A stretch of 64,000 nucleotides of DNA from Octopus vulgaris. Its lineage: Eukaryota. The position numbers and the translations under genes are program-made. Where the stretch lies: positions 134,788,001 through 134,852,000 of the forward strand of contig OX597814.1 in NCBI GenBank assembly GCA_951406725.2. The letters are read 5' to 3'. Under the pieces are notes generated by a model. The model was not told where the DNA came from, ran no database searches, and worked only from the letters and a program-made list of their open reading frames with translations. Shown here one piece after another: positions 1 to 12,344 of the stretch (within the stretch, counting starts at the first letter, position 1; each line of letters opens with the position of its first letter).

Positions 1-74
1 TTTAAAAAAACTTTTTATTAGAAAATGATGGTTCAGTGTTGTAATGATATTTATTTTCAATTCATCATGATGAT

Positions 75-278
75 TTAACCCTTTAGCATTTAAGCCAGCC
101 ATATCAGGCCCATATATTCTTTGTTTTATTTTCAAAATGGCCAGATCTGGTCTCTCACACCTACCCTACAATGTCATTCTAAATCTCATTGAAACCTCAA
201 AGTTACAAGATTAATTCAAAACAATATGAATAAATAAGCATTATAGTTGACAGAATAATCTGAATGCTAAAGGGTTAA
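75..278. mobile_element. piggyBac-type MITE (TTAA-flanked)
   Basis: TTAA-CCCTTTAGCATT ... AATGCTAAAGGG-TTAA terminal inverted repeats. Same family at 3011-3222 and 10947-11172. Confidence 0.85.
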
Positions 279-1154
279 AAATTCATTAATTTTTCATTTT
301 GAGAATTTTTTTTTTATGCTGTTCCAATATAGAAGCTTATATTTTACACTTTACACCTTTCTTTGCTCTAAATTTTGTTATTTATTACAATTTTCTTATT
401 CTTAACTGGGATTGAATAGCAAACATGTTTACTTTTAAAACAGAAAAACTTACAGAAATAAAGATCACATTATTGAGAAGCTTTACTTTTTCTCAAATGT
501 AATCTATATGGTTTGCTTTGTTTTAAATGTATATAGTATATTATCATTTTTGTACTTGAATGTTGTAGCTAAGAGCTGAATATTTTTGTGCTATTTGATT
601 TAAACTTTGGATATTAGAAATGTAATAATTATTAAATGTTGAACTTTTTGTCTTCCATGTACCAACTTGATGACAAATAGTATTTTTATTTTATTATATC
701 TGTCTAACATGACACTATTGGAAGGCAGGTTTAGAGAGGGCACGGGCTAAAACTATGTGCCCTTCCCCTCCATTGGTTAGTTGAAGCTTAGGCAGTGTCA
801 TGTAACAGCTGGTGCTGGCTGTTGGAGCCTACTGGCGAGTATATAAAGGGAAATTTGGCAGGATGGTCATTTGCCCACTGACATTTGTTGACATTGCATC
901 AAAGAAACCAAAGAACAAAAAAAAGTAGAAAGAAGAAATGCACTCAACACCAGAGCTGAAGACACTTCCATCGAAAATGGTAGAAGAGTAGGGGCCGAAA
1001 CTGGATGTGGTTCCTCCTGATGATGTCTTTAGCCACTGGATCCTATAAAGGAGCTGTTGAGGTAGTGAACCCCAAAATGGGGTTGGAATTCCTTCCTGCC
1101 TAAATTCTTCATTATTTTCAAAATTAATTGAAACACTGCCAATGTATTTCATTT

Positions 1155-1653
1155 GAAACTTGGTCCGTAAAGGAATATTGAAACCTACTCATGGTAATCA
1201 TCTATGTTAGTTGCTTCAGTTATTTATAATTCACTTCTCAGTCGTCCCAGACTTGACTGAATGTATGTTTCCTTAGGCCATGTAAGAACATTTTCATCTA
1301 TCTTCTTGTACTATAAAATTTATCTTCCTTCTAATCAAATTTAATCTTTAAACTCAAAACAAAGATTTGAAGACTGCTTTAGAAGGAAAATGTCTTGCCT
1401 TAATATTCTACAGAAACTTGGTCCGTAAAGGAATATTGAAACCTACACATGGTAATCATCTATGTTAGTTCTCTCCATACTTCCCAGATATTACTCTGTT
1501 AGACTTGTATTTATTTAGATGAGGAAAGTATGGTCCTTAGGCCATGTAAGAACATTTTCATCTATCTTCTTGTACTATAAAATTTATCTTCCTTCTAATC
1601 AAATTTAATCTTTAAACTCAAAACAAAGATTTGAAGACTGCTTTAGAAGGAAA
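1155..1653. repeat. Two-unit direct repeat with conserved flanks and unrelated cores
   Basis: A 1155-1212 = 1413-1470 (58 bp, 1 mismatch). B 1270-1389 = 1534-1653 (120 bp, identical). Cores 1213-1269 (57 bp) and 1471-1533 (63 bp) differ. Linker 1390-1412 (23 bp). Confidence 0.95.
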
Positions 1654-1686
1654 GAAGTGATACAAAATTAAGAAACTTTTACAGAT

Positions 1687-1992
1687 AGGCGCAGGAATGG
1701 GTGTGTGGTAAGTAGCTTGGTAACCAACCACATGGTTCCGGGTTCAGTCCCACTGCGTGGCATTTTGGGCAAGTGTCTTCTGCTATAGCCCCGGGCCGAC
1801 CAATGCCTTGTGAGTGGATTTGGTAGATGGAAACTGAAAGAAGCCTGTCGTATATATATATATATATATATGTGTGTGTTTGTGTGTCTGTGTTTGTCCC
1901 CCTAGCATTGCTTGACAACCGATGCTGGTGTGTTTACGTCGCCGTCACTTAGCGGTTCGGCAAAAGAGACCGATAGAATAAGTACTGGGCTT
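1687..1992 (+). mobile_element. tRNA-derived SINE
   Basis: A-box-like TGGGTGTGTGG and B-box GGTTCAGTCCC, internal (TA)n(TG)n. Related degenerate copies near 15975-16140 (-) and 54885-55040 (+). Confidence 0.85.
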
Positions 1993-2253
1993 CAAAACTC
2001 AAGGTATTTTTCAAATTAGATACTGAAAAACTTACAATGGAAAGAAGTAAAAGAGTAAAGAGTAAAAGAGAGATAATTAAGTTTGCAATATTAAATATAT
2101 ACTTTTAAATAAATACTAAAAATCAGACAGAATATGCAGCCTGATAATACTGAAATCAATATATTTGTCTTTTGTTTAATTAGCATATCATTGAATGACT
2201 ATCTTTTATAATTCAGTGTAAATTATAAACCTAATGTTACCAAACCTTTTCAG

Positions 2254-3356
2254 GTCGAATGTACTGTAAAGTGGTTAAATGAAGCCATTATGTTGTTTAC
2301 TCTTGCAATTCAACAATTACAGCAACTGAAAGACAAGGCTAGTATTTACTTTACTTACTCTTTAGCTTTGCTTTTAAATAAAACTAAACAACTGTTCAAA
2401 GCAGAAAGATTTTGTAATGCTGAAGATGAAACAATAGTCTCAGCTATGTAATACATGTGTGATGAACAAGAAATGGCATTAGAGACAATGAGTATGAAAT
2501 ATTTTGCATGTTATTTACATGTTGGAAAAGTGTAATATTGTAGGTGGGTCTTCCTGGTATATGTGTGTCTGTCATGGTACTTTTAAATAAGACTTTAAAT
2601 TTATGAACCCATTATGAGTTGTTTACAAGGTTTCTGCTTTAGGAGGTTATGTAAATTGAGTAGAATGTGTCTGGATTGTTTGTGGATAACAGCCATGCAT
2701 AGAATGTTAGAATGGAGTGAGCAATAGTGTCATTTATGTAGGAATGCATGTATTTGGTTTTAAGTGAGTAGTTCATTCAGAAAGTGTGAGGCACATAATC
2801 TATCTAAAGTATAATCAAGTTAATTGAGTAGGGGTCAAATTGAGCCCTGTTAATAGGACTGTATAAGTGTTTGTGGAAATTTCACATTAACACATACTAT
2901 TGAATATTGTAAGTAGTCTGTCTTTGGTTGATTATGATGACATTTACATACATCTTTTTTTTTAATTGCAATTTACTGAGAACATTCTTCAGAAAATTTA
3001 TCTTTCTTTCTTAACCCTTTAGTATTTAAACTGGTCTTATCTGGCTCAAATATCCTACCTGTTTTTTATTCAAACTGACCAAATCCAGCTTCTTACACAT
3101 TTCTAAAAATAAACAATCACATCATCAAAATCTTGAAGCTATGAGATAATGCATGATTTCATTCAAAACATTGTGAATAACTAAGCATATTTGACAGAGT
3201 AACCTGAATGTTAAAGGGTTAAAATTTTATGGGTTTTTTTAAAAAACTTTTTACATAGCCTGTATAAAAATAGTAAAGTATAATTTTCTATTCTTACAGA
3301 TTCAGTCACTGCAGTATTTTGAAGAAACTTCGCATTTTATAAATGTAAAATCCTGA
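2254..3356 (+). CDS. ROGDI: Protein rogdi homolog, last two coding exons (5' part outside window)
   Basis: Exon 2254-2337 after ttttcag encodes VECTVKWLNEAIMLFTLAIQQLQQLKDK, resembling the Rogdi C-terminus as I recall it ([29 protein letters not shown]). Exon 3300-3356 after ttcttacag encodes IQSLQYFEETSHFINVKS-TGA. The phase-0 join requires a GC donor at 2338. Confidence 0.85.
3011..3222. mobile_element. piggyBac-type MITE (same family as 75-278) in last rogdi intron
   Basis: TTAACCCTTTAG...TTAAAGGGTTAA ends, internal similarity to 75-278. Confidence 0.8.
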
Positions 3357-6300
3357 TGATACGACTGTGGAGAGTCAGTTATTCAAACTCTCCTGCAGTT
3401 CGTCTATGCATTCCAAGTCAAGTAAATCTTTACATTGTATTTCCCAGTGATCATTCCAAACAGATATTTATTATAAATGAACTGATCTCATCAAATGACC
3501 ACTACATAATATATCAATCAGCAAATTAGTAGTGTTTTAGTCACTTCTACTATGTACAGTAGATATAGACATTGAAAACCAAAAGCCGCAAATTTTTTGA
3601 ACATCACTTGATGAAGCCATGTTTTTAATGTAATAATAATTATTAAATCTAATGCCTTCATTTTATTGAAATTTAAATGTCATTTAAAATTTCTAAATGT
3701 TGCTGAATATATCGAGTAATATATTCAATGAAACTCATTAAAAAAATAAAATGAATACTGTGTTACCAAATATTGAAAAGTAACTGCACTTGTTTCATTT
3801 TACTACACTGACAATTATATAAGTAAACTTTACTTGTACAAAATCAATATTTTATCAAATCTTATATAATCAGGTCATGAAGAAAAAATTTCCTTTGCTA
3901 GAAAAATTATGAGATGATTTCATCTAAGAGGAAGACTTGGCACAATTGAGTACTGTTTAATTGTTGTCGCTGTTGTTGTTGTTGAGTAGCCCAGTCAGCT
4001 CTATTTGAGTAAGCCTATGGCTTAATGATTGCTAATCAAAGATTTGTTCCATCACTGCTTTAACTCAGGTTAACCTGCCTTTGTGGGCATGTTGTCCTAA
4101 AATTTGACTTAAACATGTGATTCTTGTTTTATAGATGGTAGCAGAGAGTTTGTTAAAAGGAATTTGGTTGGTTCATTGAGCAGGTTGGGCAACTAATATT
4201 GTTTTAATTTTAAAGCACAAGAATATTATGTAAATTGAGTAACAACGAGTTTGATTTTTCTATTTAGATGCTATTTCTAATTAAACAGATGAATTGATAA
4301 ATTCAAACTTTCACATATATGTGTTTACTGTAATTGCATCTATAATTTAAATCTATTATCATCAAATATATTAATTTGTATATAATTATTATAATTGATA
4401 GTCTTAATCATAAATGTTTACCAAAGCACATTTATTGCTATCTAAAGTTTGATTTTATTTTGCTTTTTAAGAAAAGGACTAAATTGAGAGCAAATTCTGA
4501 TTAACATTATTAGTAAAATTATTTTATAGGAATAATCACGAAGAGATTCTGATAGGAACTTATTTTCTAGAATAGGTGAAATAACTTAGGTTTATTCTTT
4601 CCCCTCCATAAAACTAAACTACTTCTGTAATAAAAAAATTAATTTTTTTTTAATATGCATACATATCAGTTCCTTTATTATTACAATTTTTATTATTAAT
4701 TCTGGATAACTTGGCAAGTTGACAGAATTGTTAAAACTTGAGAAAAAAAAGTGTTTTGCAGTATTTGTTCCAGTTCGAAGTTCAAGTCTCAACAAGATCA
4801 ACTTTGCCTTTTATCCTTTTTGGATCAAAAAAATAAAGTTCTAGTCAGGTACTAGGATTGAGTAATCTTCTCCCATCAAAATTGCTGGTCTTCTACCTAA
4901 GAGACCATTATATATTCCAGACGACATTTAATGAGGTTTCCAAAATTTTAGTTTTTGATTACATTTAGCTGGTTTCTCTAAATGGCTCTGTAAAATATGA
5001 CTTTCAACAATGTGATGGTGGTCATTACAGCAGCAGATTCTCATTTATTTGTGTATTTTGTTTCAAATTATAAATAAATGTTAGCTTTGATATTACTTTC
5101 ATAGATTGTCAGTCTGATAATTACAAAAATATAGAAGTGAATATTCATAGAAAAAATTATTTTTGTTGTAATAGGAACATCAGTCAAGTTTATTTGTCTT
5201 ATGGAAGTGAGATAAGTAAATTACTACTTCCATTAATAAATTATTATTGGCTTTATGGACTTGAGGATTGTATATTTCCAAGCCACATTCATTGTAGAAT
5301 TTCAGGTTGGTAGTATAAGTCAACAAAACCCTTTTCAAATATACAATTTTCTCAGTACATAAAGTGGGTAAGTTGTACTACTCCAGATGGATTGGGCTAA
5401 TAAGAGTTAATTATCATTCCTATGGATATAATACAGCAGTATTAGTAGGACATAAATTGTTAAGACTAGCTGATGGCTCCAATTAGAATATATATAAATA
5501 TATTGGCTGGCCACAAATGGCTTTTTTTTTTTTTGAGATAGTGTAGAATATTTAAAGTACTAACTGTGCTCAGGTTATTACATGATCTAGTCAAGACACC
5601 TACATATTGTTGAAATATCATTTTACAAAAGAAAAAATGCCTAGGAAAGTGGTAGCAGTCGTTTCTGTAAAAGAAAGAAAAATTTTAAAAAAAACATTTG
5701 AAATTGTCAAACTGCAAGCAATGTAGAGGTGAAATTTTATACTTTTAGGGTTGTGATACAAATATTAAAAAACAAGTCACCAAAGAAATACATTTTGGCA
5801 TGCTGATAGTCTGTGATAAAATGTTATTTTGGCAATTTGAAAAAGGAGTCTTGAATAAAACAAGGAATATGTTTTGAATAGCCTCAGTTATAGAGTGGTT
5901 TATAAGAATACTGGCTTGATAAGAGATGGAGATCAGGAATTCAAATGGTTGCCAATTACTTTTGTTGTGGGTTTTAGAGGGGTGGGGAAGTGTATATATT
6001 TAAATTCAATTGCTCCCATTTCAATGATTTATACAAATAATTTAATAATTAAGATAACTACTTAAACTAATAATGTTGAGATTAGAGTTTACTATGAGTG
6101 CAATTGATTAAAATAACAAAACCAAAGTTCTGTGTAATTAAACTTGTATTCTTTATATCTAAATTAATTTTTTTTTTCTATGGTTCCAAATAACATTTAA
6201 GATTTTTTTTAATGTGTATTTATTATATATTGATAGAAAGTATGAAGATTGAAACACTGCCTCATGTAATATTTTGTCTTAAGCATAATAGTTAATTTAA

Positions 6301-9300
6301 CAAATATTTACATTTAGACATTCAAAAGTAGTTGTCAAGAAATATATCATTTTATTTTTTGTTATGCAGTTTTAATTTTTCATACATAATTGGAAGGACC
6401 AGTTTTTGTAATAATCATATATGAAAAAGGAACTTTTTTTCCAATCTTTTGTTGCAATAAATTTATAAAAAAATTATAGAAAAATAAAATTTGTTATTAT
6501 CAACATATTTTTAAATCTCTTTTTGAAACATTTTTTTTTTTACTTAAAAAAATTGTAAACATGTAAAGTTCAAAATACACTGACTCTTGATATTACTTTC
6601 TTTTTATTAAGAAACTTTATTTGTAATTTAATTTTCATGCTTTACCTGTGCACAAAGTGACAGTATTTTTATGCTTTATATTATTGCTTTTTTACATTTC
6701 ATTGTCATCTGGGGGTATACATATAATTATGCCATATATGCTTTATATCTGAATATTATTTCATTGTTTCATCATATTTTAGTCAAGTTTTGTACTATAA
6801 TATATATTCAAGCACCATGAAGTAGTAGTAAGTTACCGGATCTGTAATACAGAGTCAGTTTTTGGTCAAACTTTCGTTTGGTATTTGGAATTTCTAAATT
6901 ATGGTTAATAGCATTAAGAGGCATGATTTAATCACATTATAGTTTAACCATTGCTAGGTGGTTCATTAAGAATGTTAAATTATAATATAGTTAAACCATT
7001 CCTCTCCATGCTATTGACCATAATGTTAAAAATCTAATTTCAACTCTAAAGCTCACATTTTACATCACTTTTGTCCTCCCTATTTCTCTTCAGAAAAAAA
7101 TTATTAAAATCCTACTATTCAGTAATGCTTATAATAATGATTTCAAAATATGGCACAAAGCCACAAGTTTGTAAGAGAGGATCATAGAGAATTGAATTGA
7201 CCTCAGATACAGTTGGTAAGTATCTAATCATCAGCATTTCACTATGTCTAACAAACATTAGCTGATTCATTTGCTGAAATTACAATACAACCAAACACAG
7301 AGGGTGTACTAAATAATTTAAAGTACTTGTGTTCAAGTCATTCTATGGGCTTGGAGAGAATGATTAGAAATTGTTCAGGTGAGACCAGGAGTCATCTTTG
7401 TCACTCATGTCAATAGATCTGGAACCTGGTTTTGACTCTGAATATATTATACATCAGAATTCAATCACCTTTGGAAGTCATGGATAGACATCTGCTTTAG
7501 GTAGATATCTTACTTGAATAAGAGAGATCCTCTGAAAAAGATAAGTTGTTTTTTTACTCAAAAGCAAGCATGAAAAACACCTAAGAAATTCACAGCTTGA
7601 GCTTGCATTAAAATCATACAATACACCTTAGCAAAATGATTAAGTCTCTAGGGCAGGTTGCACATGTCACTATGTAGTCAATATGAAGACTAATGTGGTA
7701 AACCAAGGGCATCAAGGTCTTTTGGTTTTGAAGGCCAGATGGAAGCAAAAACTAGATCTTGCAGACTGGTAGAGACAATCATTACTCCGAAAAACATAAT
7801 GTAACTTTATTAACAAGAAAGAATATGAGTTGTTAGCAAAGTTTGTATTTAGAGATATGCAAGGAAAACTCATCCATATAGTATATATATATATATATAT
7901 ATAATCCTATTAAGTAAGAGATCTTAGAGTAAGAATGGAGTTAAATATTGTCCAAATGAATGCAACAAGATCTGGATAAAACAAATATTTGATAGAAAGT
8001 TGGCACTGTTTCAACAGGAAAACCGTTCAATATCACTAGAATCCATTTGAGGAAATAGGTTGCATGTTTCTAGTGTATGTATTTATAAGCTTCTTTCTCA
8101 TTGGTTGATGAGATAAAAGAATCCATGAGGTGCTCTAATTTGAATAATTGGAACTATAATCGTGCTTTTAACTAGGCTCCAACTTTGAATGCATACTAGT
8201 GTTGTATATTTTACAGAATATTTTAAAATTGAAACAATAAGATTTTTTTTTAAATGAGCCAGGAACTAGATTAAATATAGCCAAGGGCCATATATTTGAC
8301 ATTCCTGTTGTAAACAAATATAAGTTGATGGCATACATTAAAACAAACACAGTCACTTATGGAGAATTCAATTTTGCTACAAAATAAACACCACTATAAC
8401 AAAACATGTTATATTGCTCATCTCTGCCTGAATCTTTTTACTTGTTTGTACACTGATTAGTTGGCAGAAATGCTGAAAAAAATTCAGTATATTTCCAGAA
8501 GTATATGGTTACAGAAAAAGTAAACCATGAACACTGAAGGGATAGGATCAAGAAATGAGGCTGGTTTTAAGTTGCATTTTACTAAACATGGAAAAAAGAA
8601 ATCAGTACAGAGAGGAAGTTTCATGTGTTAGAAATATAAAAGAACTCAAGACAGTGCCAAAAGCTATGCTAAACAGTCTCACCAAATGAGAAATTGGTGA
8701 GCAAATTGTATGCAAATGGTCTTGTTACTTGCCAGGCTATTAGACAAAAGCATTACTGCTACTCATGAATACAAGAATAAGTACATTACCAAAATGGTAG
8801 TAATGATTGTCTCAGGAAGCCATTTTGTGGATATTATAGATGTGTATTTTTAATAAAGTTCATTAAAATCATATCATAAATGTTTACATCATTCAAACAC
8901 TATCAAATGAATTTATATGTACACCTATAACCACTTTACATAGTATACTGGGAACCTTGTTTCATTCCCTCAGTACTTGTGAGGTGGCTATGCAGCTTGC
9001 TAGACTATGAACCCTGATATTCTTTTACTATTTTCAGTCATTGAACAATGGCCATACTGAGCAAACCTAGGTAGGATTTGAACTCAGAACATTAAGGATT
9101 TACCCAAATACCTCAGAGTGTTTTGTTTGATGCTCTTGATTTTTCTCTCTTTTTTTTTAAAGAGGAAAGGCAATAGCTATTCTGAAATGTACAGTAAATG
9201 TGACTCGATTAAATAAATTTGTTTCACAAAATGAACAGATGTGTACATACGTACAATTTTAATATCATTCAATAGAAACCTTTTTTCTATGAACATTTGT

Positions 9301-9387
9301 CTTGTAACAAAATGCATCAAAACACATGTAGTGTGAATGCTTTATAAAACATGGATATGAAATGCCTTATCTCACATAATTTCTCAT

Positions 9388-10356
9388 ATCATCATCATCA
9401 TCATCATCATCATTTAACGTCTGCTTTCCATGCTAGCATGGGTTGGACGGTTCAACTGGGGTCTGGGGAGCCCGAAGGCTGCACCAGGCCAGTCAGATCT
9501 GGCAGTGTTTCTACAGCTGGATGCCCTTCCTAACGCCAACCACTCCGAGAGTGTAGTGGGTGATTTTATGTGCCACCGACACAGGTGCCAGACGAGGCTG
9601 GCGAACGGCCACGCTCGGATGGTGTTTTTATGTGCCAGACAGGGCTAGCAGACGACCACGCTCGGATGGTGTTTTTTATGTGCCACCGACACAGGAGCCA
9701 GATTTGGCTGGCGATCGGCCACAATTGGATGGTGATTGTTACGTGCCCACAGCATGGAGGCCAGTCGGTGCGGTACTGGCTATGGCCACGTTCGGATGGT
9801 TTTCTTGTGTGCCACCGGCACTGGTACCACCAAGATACAAATTCCATTGATGTTCATCTATTTTGATTTTGTTTGATTTTCACTTGCCTCAACAGGTCTT
9901 CACAAGTATCACAAGAAGGAAGGTATGCACAGGTGGCCTGACTACGTCCCAGGTAGGGGCCACGGGTTATGGCCTGACTAGTCTTGCCGGGTCTTCTCAC
10001 GCACAGCATACTTCCATAGGTCTCGGTCTCTAGTCATTTCCTTGGTGAGACCTAAACTTCGTAGGTCGTGCTTCACCACTTCGTCCCAGGTTTTCCTGGG
10101 TCTACCTCTTCCACAGGTTCCCTCAACTGCTAGGGTGTAGCACTTTTGCACACAACTATCTTCAGCCATTCTCGTCATATGACCATACCAGCGCAGCCGT
10201 CTCTCTTGCACACCACAACTGACGCTTCTTAGGTTCAACTTTTCTCTCAAGGTACTTACACTCTGACGATTATGAACACTGACATTACACATCCATCGGA
10301 GCATACTGGCTTCATTTCTTGCGAGCTTACGCATATCCTCAGCAGTCATGGCCCAT
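9388..10356 (-). mobile_element. 5'-truncated RTE-clade LINE, 3' end
   Basis: ORF 9978-10541 carries the RTE C-terminal motifs RRLRWYGHMTRM and GRGRPRKTWDEVV. The 3' UTR has about 60-bp tandem units and a (ATG)n tail. Confidence 0.9.
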
Positions 10357-10946
10357 ATATAAACATATATACTAAACATTGTATAATGGACAAGTAACAA
10401 GACAAAATTCAATATTAAAATTAAGATTTCTAGCTGTATTTTCTGATTAAAATGGTTGTGATCTTTTTCTGGACATGGTTGATTTAAAATTAGTGGAAGA
10501 AAAATAAGAGTGTGTGATGTTCTGATTTTTACATTGGTCATGCTAGTGGGGACAGCTAAAGATGAGAAATGGTTACAACTTAGAATTGAAACAAAGCAGA
10601 CTACTCCAAACCATGCAAGTGTAATATACTTTGAAGAAATACTCCAAAATCAAACTGCAGCTGAGAGAATATTTAGTACATTTCTCATTTAATGTGAAAG
10701 TGTGTGACCAAGTAGTTATAGTGTTGCACTCATGATAGCAAGGTTACAGTTTCAATTCCCAGACAGGGTGGTGCATTGTGTTCTAGAATAAAACATTTCA
10801 TTTCACTCAGCTGTATAGTGACAAAACCTGCAATGGACAGGTGTCCCATTCAGTGGGAATGTTGTGATCTCAGTTACACACCATGGAAACTGGGTAACTT
10901 GCCCTGTGAGTCTTAGGACTCAAGGCAGTGCTTGCTTTCTTCTCAT

Positions 10947-11172
10947 GAAACCCTTTAGCATTCAGATTACTTTGTCAGATGTAAAACGTATTTATTCATT
11001 GTTTTAAATTAATCATGCATTATCTCGTAGCTTTAAGATTTTGATGATGTGATTGTTTATCTATAGAATGACATTGTAGCATCAGTCTGAGAGGCCAGAT
11101 TTGACTGGTTTGAACATAAAACTGGTATAACATTTGAGCATGATGTGGCTGGCATAAATGCTAAAGGATTAA
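10947..11172. mobile_element. piggyBac-type MITE, inverted relative to 75-278
   Basis: CCCTTTAGCATTCAGATTAC ... AATGCTAAAGGATTAA. Confidence 0.75.
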
Positions 11173-12344
11173 TATCAGAGTAATGTGCAAGAAAAGTGAA
11201 ATATTGAATTATCAATTTTAATTACGTTCAACTCATCTGACTGAAAACAACAAACAGTGTTATTTTACATTTGAATGGTTATTAAAATATTTAGTAAAGT
11301 TTAGGTTAGTTGAAATATGACAAACATATTTCAACTGCTAAAAGGCAAATTCACTGCAGCTACTGAAGAGAAAAATTTCTCTTATGGTAAAAAGGTGTAA
11401 AAACACCATACCTGTTCAGTGTCACCATCTGTCAGGATTCCCAGACATCAGGTTTCTAGCTCTTAGCTGTTATTGATGGGACATACCTAAGAGAGACAAC
11501 TCTGAACAGACCTTATAAGCTGCTAATATGAGAGAGAAATCCCATTTTCCAACTCATACAACTTGTGCTAAAAAATATATAAACAACAACTTTATGATAA
11601 ATTTAATATGAATTTCATAAACAACAAAATAAATAAACTGAAGACCCACCATCAGTATTTTTGTGTTTATTTTTTTTTCTTATGTGAATTTTCTTTAAAA
11701 TGTACATAGTTTAACAAGTGTATATACAATAGTAGTATCTCAGCATCTTTCCACAGACAATCTGAAATATGTTTACAAGAAAGGTAAATATTTGTAATGT
11801 TTGAATGACATTTTTAATGTTTGATTGACTAATTCAAAGATGAAGTCGTCCTCATCCTCATCATCATCATCATTAATGTCCATGTTCCATGCTTGCATGG
11901 GTTGGATGGATTGACAGGATCAAATGGTTCTGAGACTACATCAAACTCCAATGTCTGCTTTGGTATGGTTTTTACAGCCAGATACCCTTCCTAATGCCAA
12001 CCACTTTGCAGCATGTATTGAATGCCAACACTAGTGACGTCACCAAGCAACTTGCCAGACTAAGTTTTCCTTTGGCTGAGTGGGTCTATAGTAGAGAGGG
12101 AAGTGGTTCTATGCTAGGAGTTGAGTGGTTAATGTATGAGGAGGCCAGCAGAGAGCATAGTTCTTCCTATAGGGGAGCTATTTGACTACTCATATTATAG
12201 AAGAGAAGGTGGGAGTGACAAGAGTGGAGATGGAGAGAGAGAGAGAGTGGTGATGAGGTGTCAAGGTGGCCTCCCAAAATATGGAGTGAGTAGAAGTGTC
12301 AAAAAAAAAAACCAACAACAATAGAAACTTTGTTTTGGCAAGAT

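Noticed and set aside
950-1010. CTGAAGA...GCCGAAAC as a hammerhead ribozyme
   Set aside because: No convincing stem II closure, stem III or NUH site. The similar TTGAAGA...GAAACTTGGTC at 1367-1423 also lacks the core C and stem II closure.
829-1152. 107-aa minus-strand ORF as a gene
   Set aside because: No recognisable motif or splice support, low-complexity Phe/Ser content.
1155-1653. Calling the cassette a CRISPR array
   Set aside because: Eukaryotic context, only two units, repeats of 58 and 120 bp, no cas genes. Kept as an unexplained cassette.
9351-9866. Cluster of overlapping short ORFs including a poly-His ORF
   Set aside because: They come from the GC-richer repetitive RTE 3' UTR and its (CAT)n tail.
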